DNA of 64,000 nt from Truepera sp. (GCA_965218435.1 CBDCKW010000009.1:1952001-2016000), one strand, 5' to 3'. Shown: positions 28,864-38,409, numbered from the stretch's first letter. Notes: generated from the sequence alone by a model not told the origin. Numbers and translations: made by a program.

Positions 28864-28950
28864 AATATAAGTCTTTCCCGTGCTCAGCTTTGTTTCCAAG
28901 CATTAAAAGCAGTCTTAGACCCGCGCAAATCTTCCAGACTCGGATAGAAC

Positions 28951-29445
28951 TCACTGCGCTATACCTAGAATCAAGTTAGTAAATTTTTCTACTAAAAGTT
29001 TCAAATCAGTTATGCTCAGCTGAGCCGTCCAATTGGTTTTTCCTGCTTTATTAACATTCCAAATCTTTAAGCCGGAAATTTTTCCGGCGTCATCGAGAAA
29101 TCTGATATTGAAATGCGCTATTGAGTTACGCACATATCTCATCAAATCGTTGAGATTTTCAAAGTCTTTAGGGAGATTGCCTTGCATAAGAGGACGGGGC
29201 CAACCAGATTTCTCCAAATCTGCTAAAGGAATCTTAGGAATTTCATTAAAGTAGTTTTGTTGAGGAAGAACAATCAACCCAAGCAGCGAGTTAATAAGTT
29301 GAGTGACCTCGTATACACTTACTTCCCGCGACGTAGCCGCGTCGTTGGCTATCAAATAGGATTCTCTGTCCGCGATTTCCTCAATTACTTCAAGATTGGC
29401 TTTCGTTCTAGCTACGAAGTCGTAAACGAAACTTTGGTAATTCAC
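28951..29445 (-). CDS. Stand-alone HEPN-domain nuclease (pEK499_p136-like)
   Basis: YEVTQLINSLLGL and RNSIAH (RxxxxH); markedly AT-rich. Confidence 0.78.
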   Translation of the reverse strand: MNYQSFVYDFVARTKANLEVIEEIADRESYLIANDAATSREVSVYEVTQLINSLLGLIVLPQQNYFNEIPKIPLADLEKSGWPRPLMQGNLPKDFENLNDLMRYVRNSIAHFNIRFLDDAGKISGLKIWNVNKAGKTNWTAQLSITDLKLLVEKFTNLILGIAQ

Positions 29446-29460
29446 AATCTCTTACCACCT

Positions 29461-30816
29461 TTAGTGAATCTCGATGCCTTTTACGGCCCGGTAACGCTCC
29501 ATCTCGTCCCACTTAACGGTCACTTCCGGCTGCCGCGCCGTAATCTCACCCCAGGTTATCGGGTCTCTACCCGAGGGCATTTCAATCATCGAAATGCAGC
29601 CGTCTACCGGGCACACTAGCGAGCAGAGGTTACACCCTACACAGTCGCCCTCGCGCACCACGGGTTGCGCTTTGACCTCACCGCGATACGTCGCCGGGTC
29701 AATCTTGGCCCCGTCTACGGTCAAATCAATACACTGATGTGCGCCTTCATCACACGCGACGTAGCAGAGGTTGCAGTTGATGCAGGTGCTTTTATCAATC
29801 CGCGCCACGACCTTGTACGACAAATCGAGCTCATTAAAAGGTGAGTAGCGGGGGGCCGCTGCGCCGATGACCTCTTGAATGCTTTTCGCTCCCTTGTCGT
29901 CTAACCAATTCGATAGGCCGTCGGTCAGGTCGTCAATCAGGCGAAAGCCGTAGTGCATCACCGCGGTGCAGACCTGCAAGCTCGTCGCACCCAGCAGCAA
30001 AAACTCGGCGGCGTCGCGCCACGTTTGAATGCCGCCCATCCCTGAAATCGGAATCTGATAACGCTGCGTTTCAGGCAGTTGCATCACTTCAGAGAGCATA
30101 CTGAGCGCAATCGGTTTGACCGCTGGCCCTGCGTAGCCGCCGTGCCCGCCTTTGCCGCCGACGTTGGGCCGGAGTTGAAAAGACTCGAGGTCTACTCCAA
30201 CCACCGAGTTGATGGTGTTGATTAAACTAAGGGCGTTGGCTTGCCCTGCAATCGCAGCCCTTGCAGGCATCTTGATGTCGGTAATATTCGGTGTCAGCTT
30301 GACGATGACGGGGATGTTCGCTACTGAGGTGACCCACTCGGTAATCATCGTGCAGTATTCCGGGACTTGCCCGACCGCCGAGCCCATCCCGCGCTCCGAC
30401 ATTCCGTGCGGACAGCCGTAGTTGAGTTCGATGGCGTCCGCGCCGGTATCTTCAATGCGTTTGACGGCGTCGGCCCAAACTTTCGGGTCGGACTCGAACA
30501 TCGCTGAGACGATCACCGCCCGGTCGGGCCAGAGCTTTTTAACCTCGGCGATTTCGCGCAAGTTGACGTCTAAAGGCCGGTCGGAAATCAGCTCGATGTT
30601 GTTGATCGCCGCGAGCTTGTTGCCGTTATATTCCCAGCCGCCGTACCGTGAGGAGACGTTTAAGACGGGCGTGCCAATGGTTTTCCAAGCCGCGCCGCCC
30701 CAGCCGTACTCGAACGCTTTGTTAATCTGATAGGCCGTGTTCGTCGGCGGGGCCGAAGCGAGCCAGAACGGGTTGGGGCTTTTGACGCCGCAAAAGTCGG
30801 TAGTGAGGTCAGCCAT
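29461..30816 (-). CDS. preA: NAD-dependent dihydropyrimidine dehydrogenase subunit PreA
   Basis: NPFWLASAPPT, NNIELISDR, NYGCPHGMSERGMG, KLTPN, two ferredoxin Cys motifs. Confidence 0.96.
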   Translation of the reverse strand: MADLTTDFCGVKSPNPFWLASAPPTNTAYQINKAFEYGWGGAAWKTIGTPVLNVSSRYGGWEYNGNKLAAINNIELISDRPLDVNLREIAEVKKLWPDRAVIVSAMFESDPKVWADAVKRIEDTGADAIELNYGCPHGMSERGMGSAVGQVPEYCTMITEWVTSVANIPVIVKLTPNITDIKMPARAAIAGQANALSLINTINSVVGVDLESFQLRPNVGGKGGHGGYAGPAVKPIALSMLSEVMQLPETQRYQIPISGMGGIQTWRDAAEFLLLGATSLQVCTAVMHYGFRLIDDLTDGLSNWLDDKGAKSIQEVIGAAAPRYSPFNELDLSYKVVARIDKSTCINCNLCYVACDEGAHQCIDLTVDGAKIDPATYRGEVKAQPVVREGDCVGCNLCSLVCPVDGCISMIEMPSGRDPITWGEITARQPEVTVKWDEMERYRAVKGIEIH

Positions 30817-31268
30817 CAGACACGCTCCGGGAGAAAATCTTCGTCTAAGGTTTCAGTGAGGGTGTAAGGACTCGCTTCAGGAAAAGCAGTTAAGCTTAGT
30901 CCTGTCTCATCACTGGCCTTACGTCTTGCATAGGTGTAGCTGTCGTCAAATACTTGTGGAGCGTAGTTTTTAAGCAAACTCGGGCTGTCTTTGAAAACTA
31001 AATCGAGTTGTCGCCGCTGCTCACTTATCGTTGTTGTCCAACTACGTGAGCGTCGTTTCGGTTGAAACTGATACTTTAAAAGGTGCGCCAAAAGTATGCT
31101 AAGTCGGTTTTGCACCTCTCGCTTGTCACTCCGTCCGATGCTTTCGACCTCCTCGGCGAGGTTCTCTAAGTCAAGCTCAGCTACCCGCCCTTGCCGTAAA
31201 AGTTCGGCTTGATGCTCGAGCCACAGCACGAAGTCCTCTTCATAGGTTGGTTTTGCTAAGGTGTCCAT
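30816..31268 (-). CDS. DUF29 family protein
   Basis: YEEDFVLWLEHQAELLR..LDLENLAEEVESIG..HLLKYQFQP..SPSL; TACACT-N5-ATG. Confidence 0.88.
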   Translation of the reverse strand: MDTLAKPTYEEDFVLWLEHQAELLRQGRVAELDLENLAEEVESIGRSDKREVQNRLSILLAHLLKYQFQPKRRSRSWTTTISEQRRQLDLVFKDSPSLLKNYAPQVFDDSYTYARRKASDETGLSLTAFPEASPYTLTETLDEDFLPERV

Positions 31269-31286
31269 AGACCAGTGTAAGCCAAA

Positions 31287-32654
31287 CTAATCGGCGGTGC
31301 GTGCGGGAGAAAGCTGGGCGTGGATACTCTGTGCCGCAAGCTTGCCGTCTTGCGTCGCGGTCACGGTCATCGCGTCGCCGGTCGCGCGGATACAGTCGCC
31401 ACCCGCGAAGATTTTAGGGTTGGTCGTCCGCAGCTCATCGTCTACTTTGAGATAGCCACGCTCTTGTTCCAAGCCGAAATGAGCGTACAGGTCAAAGCGT
31501 TTTTCTTGCCCAATCGCCTTGATGACTTGATCACAGGGGATGACGAATTCGCTGCCTGCCACAGGTTCGGGAAGTGCCCGTCCGTCGGGTCCGGGTGCGC
31601 CGAGTTCCACGCGGAGACACTCCAAACCCGTTACCTTGCCGTTTTCACCCAGAACTCGTACCGGCTGACTTAAAAAACGAAATTCCACGCCCTCGAGTTT
31701 GATAAAATCGTACTCGAAGTCGTACACGCTCATCTGGTCTTCGCCGCGCCGATACGCCAGCGTGACCCGTGCGCCTAACCGTTTGGCAATCGTCGCCGCG
31801 TCTATAGCTGTATTGCCTGCCCCAATAACCACGACCTGTTGCCCAACGGGAAGTGCTTGCAAACGCTCTAAGCCGTCTTTCTCCGCAAGTTTGGTCTCCG
31901 CAATAAACGACAAGGCTTCGGTGACACCCTCTAAATCTTCGCCGGGAATCCCTAGATGCGGCACTGAACCCATCCCGACACCTAAAAACACGGCGTCGAA
32001 GTCGTTTAGAAGCTCATCTGCCGTAAGGTCTTGACCGACCGTAACGCCGGTTTTGACCTCTACACCGAGCGCCTCGATCAGCGCCACTTCTTCTAGGGCC
32101 ACCCGGATAGGCTCACGCATCACCACGATGCCGTAGGTAGACAAGCCGCCGGGGAGCAGGTTTTTCTCGAATACGGTAACCGCGTAACCGAGCTTGGCGA
32201 GTTCGCCCGCACACGAGAGTCCTGCCGGGCCTGTCCCGACGACTGCAACACGCAGACCGTTCGGCGGCGCAGGGGTAAACGGTAGCTTTTGTTTGCCGTA
32301 AAGATGATCCACTGCGTAACGTTGCAGCCGCCCGATTTCGATAGGTTTATGGTCACCGCCGAGCACGCACGCTCCCTCGCACAGCTCTTCAACCGGACAG
32401 ACGCGGGCGCAGGTTGCGGCCATCAAGTTCGCTTCTAAAATGGTGACAGCCGCGCCGGTCACGTTACCGGTTGAGATTTTGCGGATAAAGGTCGGCACAT
32501 CAATGTTGGTTGGACAAGCCTGAATGCAGGGCGCGTCGAAACAGTACAAACAGCGGTTCGCTTCTACCCGCGCCTCACGCGCACTCAGCGGGGGCTCGAG
32601 TTCGCTAAAACGTTCCGCTAACGACGCTAGACTAAACTCTGTCACCGGGTCCAC
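31287..32654 (-). CDS. preT: Dihydropyrimidine dehydrogenase subunit PreT (GltD-like)
   Basis: EANRCLYCFDAPCIQACP, CARVCPVEELCEGAC, GTGPAG, GAGNTAID; true start may be GTG 32645. Confidence 0.9.
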   Translation of the reverse strand: MDPVTEFSLASLAERFSELEPPLSAREARVEANRCLYCFDAPCIQACPTNIDVPTFIRKISTGNVTGAAVTILEANLMAATCARVCPVEELCEGACVLGGDHKPIEIGRLQRYAVDHLYGKQKLPFTPAPPNGLRVAVVGTGPAGLSCAGELAKLGYAVTVFEKNLLPGGLSTYGIVVMREPIRVALEEVALIEALGVEVKTGVTVGQDLTADELLNDFDAVFLGVGMGSVPHLGIPGEDLEGVTEALSFIAETKLAEKDGLERLQALPVGQQVVVIGAGNTAIDAATIAKRLGARVTLAYRRGEDQMSVYDFEYDFIKLEGVEFRFLSQPVRVLGENGKVTGLECLRVELGAPGPDGRALPEPVAGSEFVIPCDQVIKAIGQEKRFDLYAHFGLEQERGYLKVDDELRTTNPKIFAGGDCIRATGDAMTVTATQDGKLAAQSIHAQLSPARTAD

Positions 32655-32686
32655 CCCTTAAAAGCGTCCACACCAAACCTAGTCAT
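32642..32686 (-). CDS. 14-aa micro-ORF coupled to preT
   Basis: GGAGGAG-N6-ATG, MTRFGVDAFKGWTR*; its TGA overlaps an in-frame preT GTG. Confidence 0.45.
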   Translation of the reverse strand: MTRFGVDAFKGWTR

Positions 32687-32905
32687 GTCGGGCTCCTCCG
32701 CGCGGCTCAGCTTCGGGGCTGAGACCTGATATTAAGTACCCAACTATACACACACGGCGAAGGTTTGCCCCAAAGCCAGAGGCTGTACCTCGGCCCACTT
32801 TGCCAACCCACGAAAATGTTCGGGGAAAGCTACATGGCAGGACTTACAGCGTAGCTCCGGTCTAAGCCCAGCATGGTCAACTAAGTTTGTTAGTTTCTGT
32901 TGCCG

Positions 32906-33043
32906 CTATCATCTTTTCAAGTCCGCGAGAGGCTCTATTTTCTTCGAGCTGCCAACTTCTTTATGCCAGATGCATTTCCTACAGGGCATGACGCCAACGT
33001 TCCCAATCAAGGCAGGGCACCAGAACCCAGTCAATAGCCCCTA
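32906..33043. mobile_element. Degenerate copy D of the MITE-like repeat
   Basis: ctatcatc..aagtccgcgagagg..acgttcccaa..gtcaatagccccta at the same spacing as copy A. Confidence 0.4.
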
Positions 33044-34114
33044 GTAAAAAGGCGGTTTGACAACCACAGCCGGGAGCGGTTGTCCGCGAATCTCAACTGC
33101 GATCTCCGTCCCGGGGTCGCTGTAAGCTTTGCGCACCCAAGCCATCGCAATCCCTTCACGGGTCAGGGGCGAAATCGCACCCGAGGTGATTTCACCGATC
33201 TTTTCACCGGGTTCGTCTTCGCGCTCACCGGGAGCAAGCACGCGGTAACCCTGCCGCGCGACGCCACGTTGCAAGAGTTTGAGGCCGACGAGCTGCCGCG
33301 TACAGGTGCGCGCCCAGATGGCTTCACGCCCGTAAAAGTCTTTGTCTTTGACCACCCAAGCCATGTTGCTGCAGCGGGGATTGGTTGATTCGGAAAACTC
33401 GTGACCGAAAAGTGGAAAGCCAGCCTCGAGCCTCAGCGTGTCACGCGCCCCTAAGCCGCACGGCACCGCGCCCGCCCCAGTGAGCGCCTGCCACACCGCC
33501 GGGGTGTCTTGGGCATGGCTAAAGATTTCAAACCCGTCCTCACCGGTGTAGCCGGTCCGGGCAAAGGTCACCTCGCACCCGGCCAGTGTTCCGGTCAGCG
33601 TGCGGTTTTTTTTAAGTCCGCCCACGTCGGCGTCGGTCAGGCGGCCCAACATGAGCGCCGCGCCGGGGCCTTGCAGCGCGAGCAGCCCGAAGGTATCGGA
33701 CACGTCGGTGACGTCGGCGTCGTAACTGTGAGCCAGCTTGGTGAGGTGCGTGATCGCCGCCTCACGGTTCGAGGCGTTACAGACGACCAGATAGTCTTCG
33801 GGAGCCGTGCAGTAGACGTAGAGGTCGTCAATCAGGCCGCCCTTGTCGTTAGGGAGCATCGAATACTGGCCACGCCCCGGTTTGAGCGTCGCCGGATCGT
33901 TCAGCGTCGCAAACCGCAAAAAAGTAAGCGCCCCCGGCCCCGTTACCTGAACTTCACCCATATGGCTCACATCAAACACGCCCGCACTCTCGCGGACGGC
34001 CAGATGTTCTTGGTTGATCCCCGTAGGGTACTGAATCGGCATCTCCCAGCCCGCAAAATCCACCATACGGGCTCCGGCCTCTACGTGCAGGTCATACAGC
34101 GGTGTACGCTTCAT
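33041..34114 (-). CDS. gcvT: Glycine cleavage system aminomethyltransferase T
   Basis: RTPLYDLH, FAGWEMPIQY, FDVSHMG, RTGYTGEDGFE, CGLGARDTLRLEAG. Confidence 0.96.
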   Translation of the reverse strand: MKRTPLYDLHVEAGARMVDFAGWEMPIQYPTGINQEHLAVRESAGVFDVSHMGEVQVTGPGALTFLRFATLNDPATLKPGRGQYSMLPNDKGGLIDDLYVYCTAPEDYLVVCNASNREAAITHLTKLAHSYDADVTDVSDTFGLLALQGPGAALMLGRLTDADVGGLKKNRTLTGTLAGCEVTFARTGYTGEDGFEIFSHAQDTPAVWQALTGAGAVPCGLGARDTLRLEAGFPLFGHEFSESTNPRCSNMAWVVKDKDFYGREAIWARTCTRQLVGLKLLQRGVARQGYRVLAPGEREDEPGEKIGEITSGAISPLTREGIAMAWVRKAYSDPGTEIAVEIRGQPLPAVVVKPPFY

Positions 34115-34233
34115 ACTTCACCATTCATACTTTAGAGTACACTACGGTGCAGATAACGAGTTGTTGTTAAGTCTTTACTCAACCAGGCAGCACAGCACAG
34201 CCTCAGACAAAGCCGAACCGGTTAGCTTTGCCG

Positions 34234-34824
34234 TTATTTAGTCTGCGCAAGCTTGGCCAAAACCTGTTTCGACACCGCCCGGAGCGGTTCCAGTACACCT
34301 TCAAAGTCTCGAGCAGAGCCCTCAAAGGTCTCGAGCTTCCCACCCGGATCAATGACGCTGCGGAGCATGTCGGCGGGTAGCGCATCCGGTAGGTCGCGTT
34401 TGTTAAGCTGCAAGACCAGCGGCACGTCTTGAACCGACAAGTTGTACTCGGTCAAGTTTTCGCGGAGGTTACGCATCGCTTCGGCGTTGGCCCGGAGGCG
34501 GTTGGGCGCAGAGTCGGCGACGAACACGATGCCGTCTACCCCACGTAAGATGAGTTTACGGGCAGCGTTGTAAAAGACCTGTCCGGGCACGGTGTAGAGG
34601 TGAAAGCGGGTCTTAAAACCGTTGACGCTGCCGAGCTCGAGCGGCATAAAGTCAAAAAAGAGCGTCCGCTCCTCTTCTGTTGCGAGACTTACAAGCTCAC
34701 CCCGGCGCTCAGCGGCGATATTGGCGTGAATCAGCTTGAGGTTGGTGGTTTTACCCGACATGCCGGGGCCGTAGTAGACGAGCTTAAAGCTGATTTCGCG
34801 GGCCGCAAAGTTAACCGTGCTCAC
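34234..34824 (-). CDS. mglA: MglA-family small GTPase
   Basis: [33 protein letters not shown]. Confidence 0.93.
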   Translation of the reverse strand: MSTVNFAAREISFKLVYYGPGMSGKTTNLKLIHANIAAERRGELVSLATEEERTLFFDFMPLELGSVNGFKTRFHLYTVPGQVFYNAARKLILRGVDGIVFVADSAPNRLRANAEAMRNLRENLTEYNLSVQDVPLVLQLNKRDLPDALPADMLRSVIDPGGKLETFEGSARDFEGVLEPLRAVSKQVLAKLAQTK

Positions 34825-34889
34825 GCGGAGTACCCAGATAACCTAGCTAAACGACCTGGAGCAAGCGCGGATAGGGTGGACCTTATCAT
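34821..34889 (-). CDS. 22-aa leaderless micro-ORF coupled to mglA
   Basis: TATAGT-N6-[29 protein letters not shown] overlap with the mglA start. Confidence 0.5.
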   Translation of the reverse strand: MIRSTLSALAPGRLARLSGYSA

Positions 34890-34991
34890 CCTCTGACTAT
34901 ACGAAGCGCAGAGGCGTACGGACGTGTAAATCACCATTTGTGAGGTCAGTTTAGCCGTCTGCACACCGTTTTATCTGGTATACGAGCTCAT

Positions 34992-35927
34992 TTAAGTAGA
35001 CCTCAGCGCAGCGATGGCGTCCGCGCGGTTCGGGTACGAACTCTGTGCGCCGGGTTTTTCTACCGTCAGCGCGGCGAGGCGGCAGGCCCGAGTCACCGCT
35101 TTCGAGAGCATCACTTCGGGTTGGCACGCCAAAAAGTAGGCGAACGAGCCGACAAGCGCGTCGCCCGCGCCGGTCGTGTCTACCACCTTCACCGGGTCTA
35201 CCGGAATATGCCGCGGCTCAGTATCGGCCACTGCAAGCAGTGCGCCGCGCCTACCGAGGGTCAGCACGACGATGTCAGGGCCAAGCTTTAGCAACGCTGC
35301 CGCAGCTTCTTTTGCGTCGTCCAGCGTTTTGACGGGCCGCCCTAAAAGCGTCCCGGCTTCGACCTCGTTGGGAATCAAAATATCGGTTAAAGAGAGCAGT
35401 TCAGGGGGCAACTCGGCGGCTGGAGCCGGGTTGAGGATCGTCCGGGTCGCCCCCTCTTTAGCGAGGCGAAACGCTGCCAAGGTTGCGTCTACAGGCGTCT
35501 CGAGCTGAGCGATCAGTACCGCTGCTCCGCGCACGGCCGCTTCTGCCTTCTCGACATCTTCAGGTGAAAGCGTACTGTTGGCCCCCGGTGCCAGCGAGAT
35601 GACGTTTTCACCGGACTCGGCGACCGTAATGAGCGCCACCCCCGAAGCACCTTCTACCCAGCCGACAAACGCCGTGTTTATCCCTTCGTTCTGGTAGTTT
35701 TGCAGCGTCTTGTCGCCGTAACCGTCTTGTCCGAGTTTAACAATGACGCTGACCTTGGCCCCGAGCCTCGAGGCCATCACTGCCTGATTCGAGCCTTTAC
35801 CGCCGAAACCTTCCGAAAAGCTCGAGCCCAGCACCGTCTCCCCCGGCTCCGGCAACCTCGGCACACGCACCGTGAGGTCGGTCATGGCGCTGCCAACCAT
35901 GCAAATATCTGTTCGAATCTTTGTCAT
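34992..35927 (-). CDS. rbsK: Ribokinase
   Basis: GGKGSNQA, QLE, LNPAP, PNEVEA, DTTGAGD. Confidence 0.9.
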   Translation of the reverse strand: MTKIRTDICMVGSAMTDLTVRVPRLPEPGETVLGSSFSEGFGGKGSNQAVMASRLGAKVSVIVKLGQDGYGDKTLQNYQNEGINTAFVGWVEGASGVALITVAESGENVISLAPGANSTLSPEDVEKAEAAVRGAAVLIAQLETPVDATLAAFRLAKEGATRTILNPAPAAELPPELLSLTDILIPNEVEAGTLLGRPVKTLDDAKEAAAALLKLGPDIVVLTLGRRGALLAVADTEPRHIPVDPVKVVDTTGAGDALVGSFAYFLACQPEVMLSKAVTRACRLAALTVEKPGAQSSYPNRADAIAALRST

Positions 35928-36063
35928 CTCTACAGGCTACTCCAGACCCGCGAGCCCATTCACTTTGCGACCCAGCCCGAACAGCTTTACCCGTCAGTGC
36001 GGCATAAACTGACAACGTGACCTATCAGCGTAAAACTTTAAGACCATCTCAGCGGATGACCTA

Positions 36064-36639
36064 GTGGCCGTGCCCTTTATCTCCCTCGGCAAACTGAGTC
36101 CCATCAAGTTAGAGAAGTTCGTAGCAGTACAGTGTACCCAAACCGTGACCTACGACGGCCCGGTCGTGCCGACGCCCGGATTTAGGTTTACGCGAACACT
36201 CGCGGCTCTCGGAGACGGCTCCGAAGTGTTTGAAAGAGCCGTAGCGGGTTTAGAAGCTTGGGCCGTTTACCCGGCGTGGCTGACCCTCTGCCCAGCGCAA
36301 CCGCCTCTAAAAGCAGGAACAAACGTCGTACTCATTACGGGGTTAGGATCGCTAAAGACAGTGAGCACGGTGCGTGTCGTAAGCACCGAAAGAGACAACG
36401 CGCACGCTGCCTTTACGCTCGGGACGCTCCCGCAACACGCCGTTTCAGGCGGTGAACGGTTTTGCGTCTACCAAGATGAGCAAGGGCGCGTTTGGTTTGA
36501 GCTCACCGCTGTATCCCAACCACGGCAAGCCCTAGTCAAACTCGGTACGCCGGTGTTGCGACTGGTGCAGACGCAATTTGCTAGAGACTCAGTGCGGTCA
36601 CTGCGGCGGTTTATCGCCTCAGGTCAACCAAACCGGTAA
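36064..36639 (+). CDS. DUF1990-like protein
   Basis: FERAV..L..W, FTLGTLPQHAVSGGERF, VWFELTAVSQP. Confidence 0.75.
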   Translation: MAVPFISLGKLSPIKLEKFVAVQCTQTVTYDGPVVPTPGFRFTRTLAALGDGSEVFERAVAGLEAWAVYPAWLTLCPAQPPLKAGTNVVLITGLGSLKTVSTVRVVSTERDNAHAAFTLGTLPQHAVSGGERFCVYQDEQGRVWFELTAVSQPRQALVKLGTPVLRLVQTQFARDSVRSLRRFIASGQPNR

Positions 36640-36643
36640 CACG

Positions 36644-37636
36644 CTAGTTCGCGTAGGCTTTTTTACCGGACGTTTTTGCACGCCCAGCAGCCCCACCGAA
36701 CTTCTCGGCCATCCGCTCCAACAAATCACTACGCTGAGCCTCACTGAGCTGTTCTAACGTCGCAACTTTGTGGTAACTCCGCGCGGCGAGCAGCAGCTTG
36801 GCACGGTCGAGGCCGTAAGTTTCGGCCTGACGCACTACGTCGTCCAAAGTTGGGCCGGTTTCTACCGGTGTTTCGTCCAGTTTCAAAAACTCAGGGATGT
36901 CGTCGGCAGCAGGCTTGGGTACGTCGTCCATCTGCTCGAGCAGCGCCCCGAAAGTCGGTTCTTCGATCTCCAAACCGATCGGAAAGTGGTCGCTGTTGCT
37001 CTTCACCACCGTCCCGATACGTTTCGTTTCAAAGCCGTCGGCGCGGAGAGAGAGCTCGAGCATCACGTCAATAAAGTACTCCAAACCGCCACGGGTAATC
37101 GGCACCACCTGGCCCAACTCGTTTTCTTCAACCTGCTCTTTACCCTTCGCGGCGATGTGGTCGGTAATCACTACGCACGCGCCCGAATCCATACAGAGCC
37201 GCCGTAAAACCTCTTGGTAGAGCACCTGGTCATCTTGCAACTGGTCGGCTGTGGGCTGCGCGGTGGGGTCACCCGTTCTCCCCCGCACCGCCCGGAGCGT
37301 TTCGCGGTGTTTACGGGCAAAGTAAAGGCTCCACGAGTCGAGCGCGTAAGCGCCGTAATTCTCCCCTTTTCCTTCACCGTCTAAAGCCCAGTCAATAAAC
37401 TCCGGCAGTTCGTCCGGGTGATGCACCTCTACGGCGTCAAACTTGGGCGCGTCGCCGGTCGCGCCCGGTAACAGCCGCGATTTACGTTCCACGTCAAAAA
37501 ATAGCAGCCGCCCGACGCCCGCGTCGGCGAGCGAGGCCGCGAAGTAGCTTTTACCTGTCCCGGCTGCGCCACGTACTGCAATCACCAGACGCTTCTTAGC
37601 CGGACGCCGACTTAAAGGGTTGACTTTAGAGTTCAT
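36644..37636 (-). CDS. AAA_24/Sak4-like P-loop ATPase (phage-recombinase-like)
   Basis: Walker A GAAGTGKS, FFDVE, Walker B YALDSWS, VVKSN, small helical C-terminal domain; TACGAT-N6-ATG. Confidence 0.72.
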   Translation of the reverse strand: MNSKVNPLSRRPAKKRLVIAVRGAAGTGKSYFAASLADAGVGRLLFFDVERKSRLLPGATGDAPKFDAVEVHHPDELPEFIDWALDGEGKGENYGAYALDSWSLYFARKHRETLRAVRGRTGDPTAQPTADQLQDDQVLYQEVLRRLCMDSGACVVITDHIAAKGKEQVEENELGQVVPITRGGLEYFIDVMLELSLRADGFETKRIGTVVKSNSDHFPIGLEIEEPTFGALLEQMDDVPKPAADDIPEFLKLDETPVETGPTLDDVVRQAETYGLDRAKLLLAARSYHKVATLEQLSEAQRSDLLERMAEKFGGAAGRAKTSGKKAYAN

Positions 37637-37809
37637 GACGTTATCGTAGCTTAATATTTAAGGTAGTACGTTACGCCGGTGACAAAAAGGGGTTGTTCTA
37701 AGCAAATTGCTCTATTGCGCCGTTAAAAGTTGACACTCGCTGTTGTCTAATGACATTTCTAGAGCAAAAACCGTCAAGCTATAAGTAGTCGGGCGTGATG
37801 CCTTCTCGA

Positions 37810-38268
37810 TCAAACCGTATCCGTCGTCAGCTCGAGCGAATAGCAACGCAGCTTAAAGCCGATGTTTTGCCAGAACTGCATGGCAGATTGATTGTGCGGC
37901 GCAACATTGAGTTCGATACTGCCGACTCCCTGCCGCTGCACTTCTGTAACGACACAGTTTGCCAACGCTTTGCCGAAGCCGCGGCGACGTTGTGACTGGA
38001 CGATGTAGAAATCGTGGACAAAGGCGTATTGGTCGCTCGAGCCGGGAAAGAACGGCGTCATTTTGAAATCTACAAAACCGATAGTTTCGGCCCCGACCTC
38101 TACAAGCCACAAGCAGCGTTCCTCAGCCAAAGCTTGAGAAAAGACGTTTTCCAACCATCCCTCGGGTGGATGAGGATTGTCCGGCTGACCTTCTGCTAAG
38201 TAAGCGGCGTACAGCTGTTCAAAGATGGAACGGTCATCTTTTGTAACGGAGCGTGTTTCAATTTCCAT
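37810..38268 (-). CDS. GNAT family acetyltransferase
   Basis: FYIVQSQRRRGFGKAL; LNVAPHNQSAMQFWQNIGF. Confidence 0.88.
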   Translation of the reverse strand: MEIETRSVTKDDRSIFEQLYAAYLAEGQPDNPHPPEGWLENVFSQALAEERCLWLVEVGAETIGFVDFKMTPFFPGSSDQYAFVHDFYIVQSQRRRGFGKALANCVVTEVQRQGVGSIELNVAPHNQSAMQFWQNIGFKLRCYSLELTTDTV

Positions 38269-38301
38269 GTTTAACAGTATGACGTGCACAGCTAAGCTAG
38301 A

Positions 38302-38330
38302 TTGACTTTACCGCCCCAACCGTCTACCAT
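38302..38330 (+). promoter_or_regulatory. Sigma-70-type promoter for the leuS leader
   Basis: TTGACT-N17-TACCAT; predicted TSS about 38337. Confidence 0.7.
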
Positions 38331-38336
38331 ACAGCT

Positions 38337-38387
38337 GTGTTGCTGCGCGTGTCTAAGCTACTCCTACCAGGTGGGCCGAGGCCGTAA
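38337..38387 (+). CDS. Putative leucine-sensing leader peptide
   Basis: MLLRVSKLLLPGGPRP*; 5 Leu codons including a CTA-CTC-CTA run; GTG at the predicted TSS. Confidence 0.68.
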   Translation: MLLRVSKLLLPGGPRP

Positions 38388-38409
38388 GCGTACCCGCACG
38401 CTCCCCTCT

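Noticed and set aside
34115..34233. Glycine riboswitch upstream of gcvT
   Set aside because: The interval is short and I see no aptamer motifs.
36644..37636. Prophage or integrated element around the AAA ATPase
   Set aside because: No integrase, structural genes, att-like repeats or compositional shift nearby.
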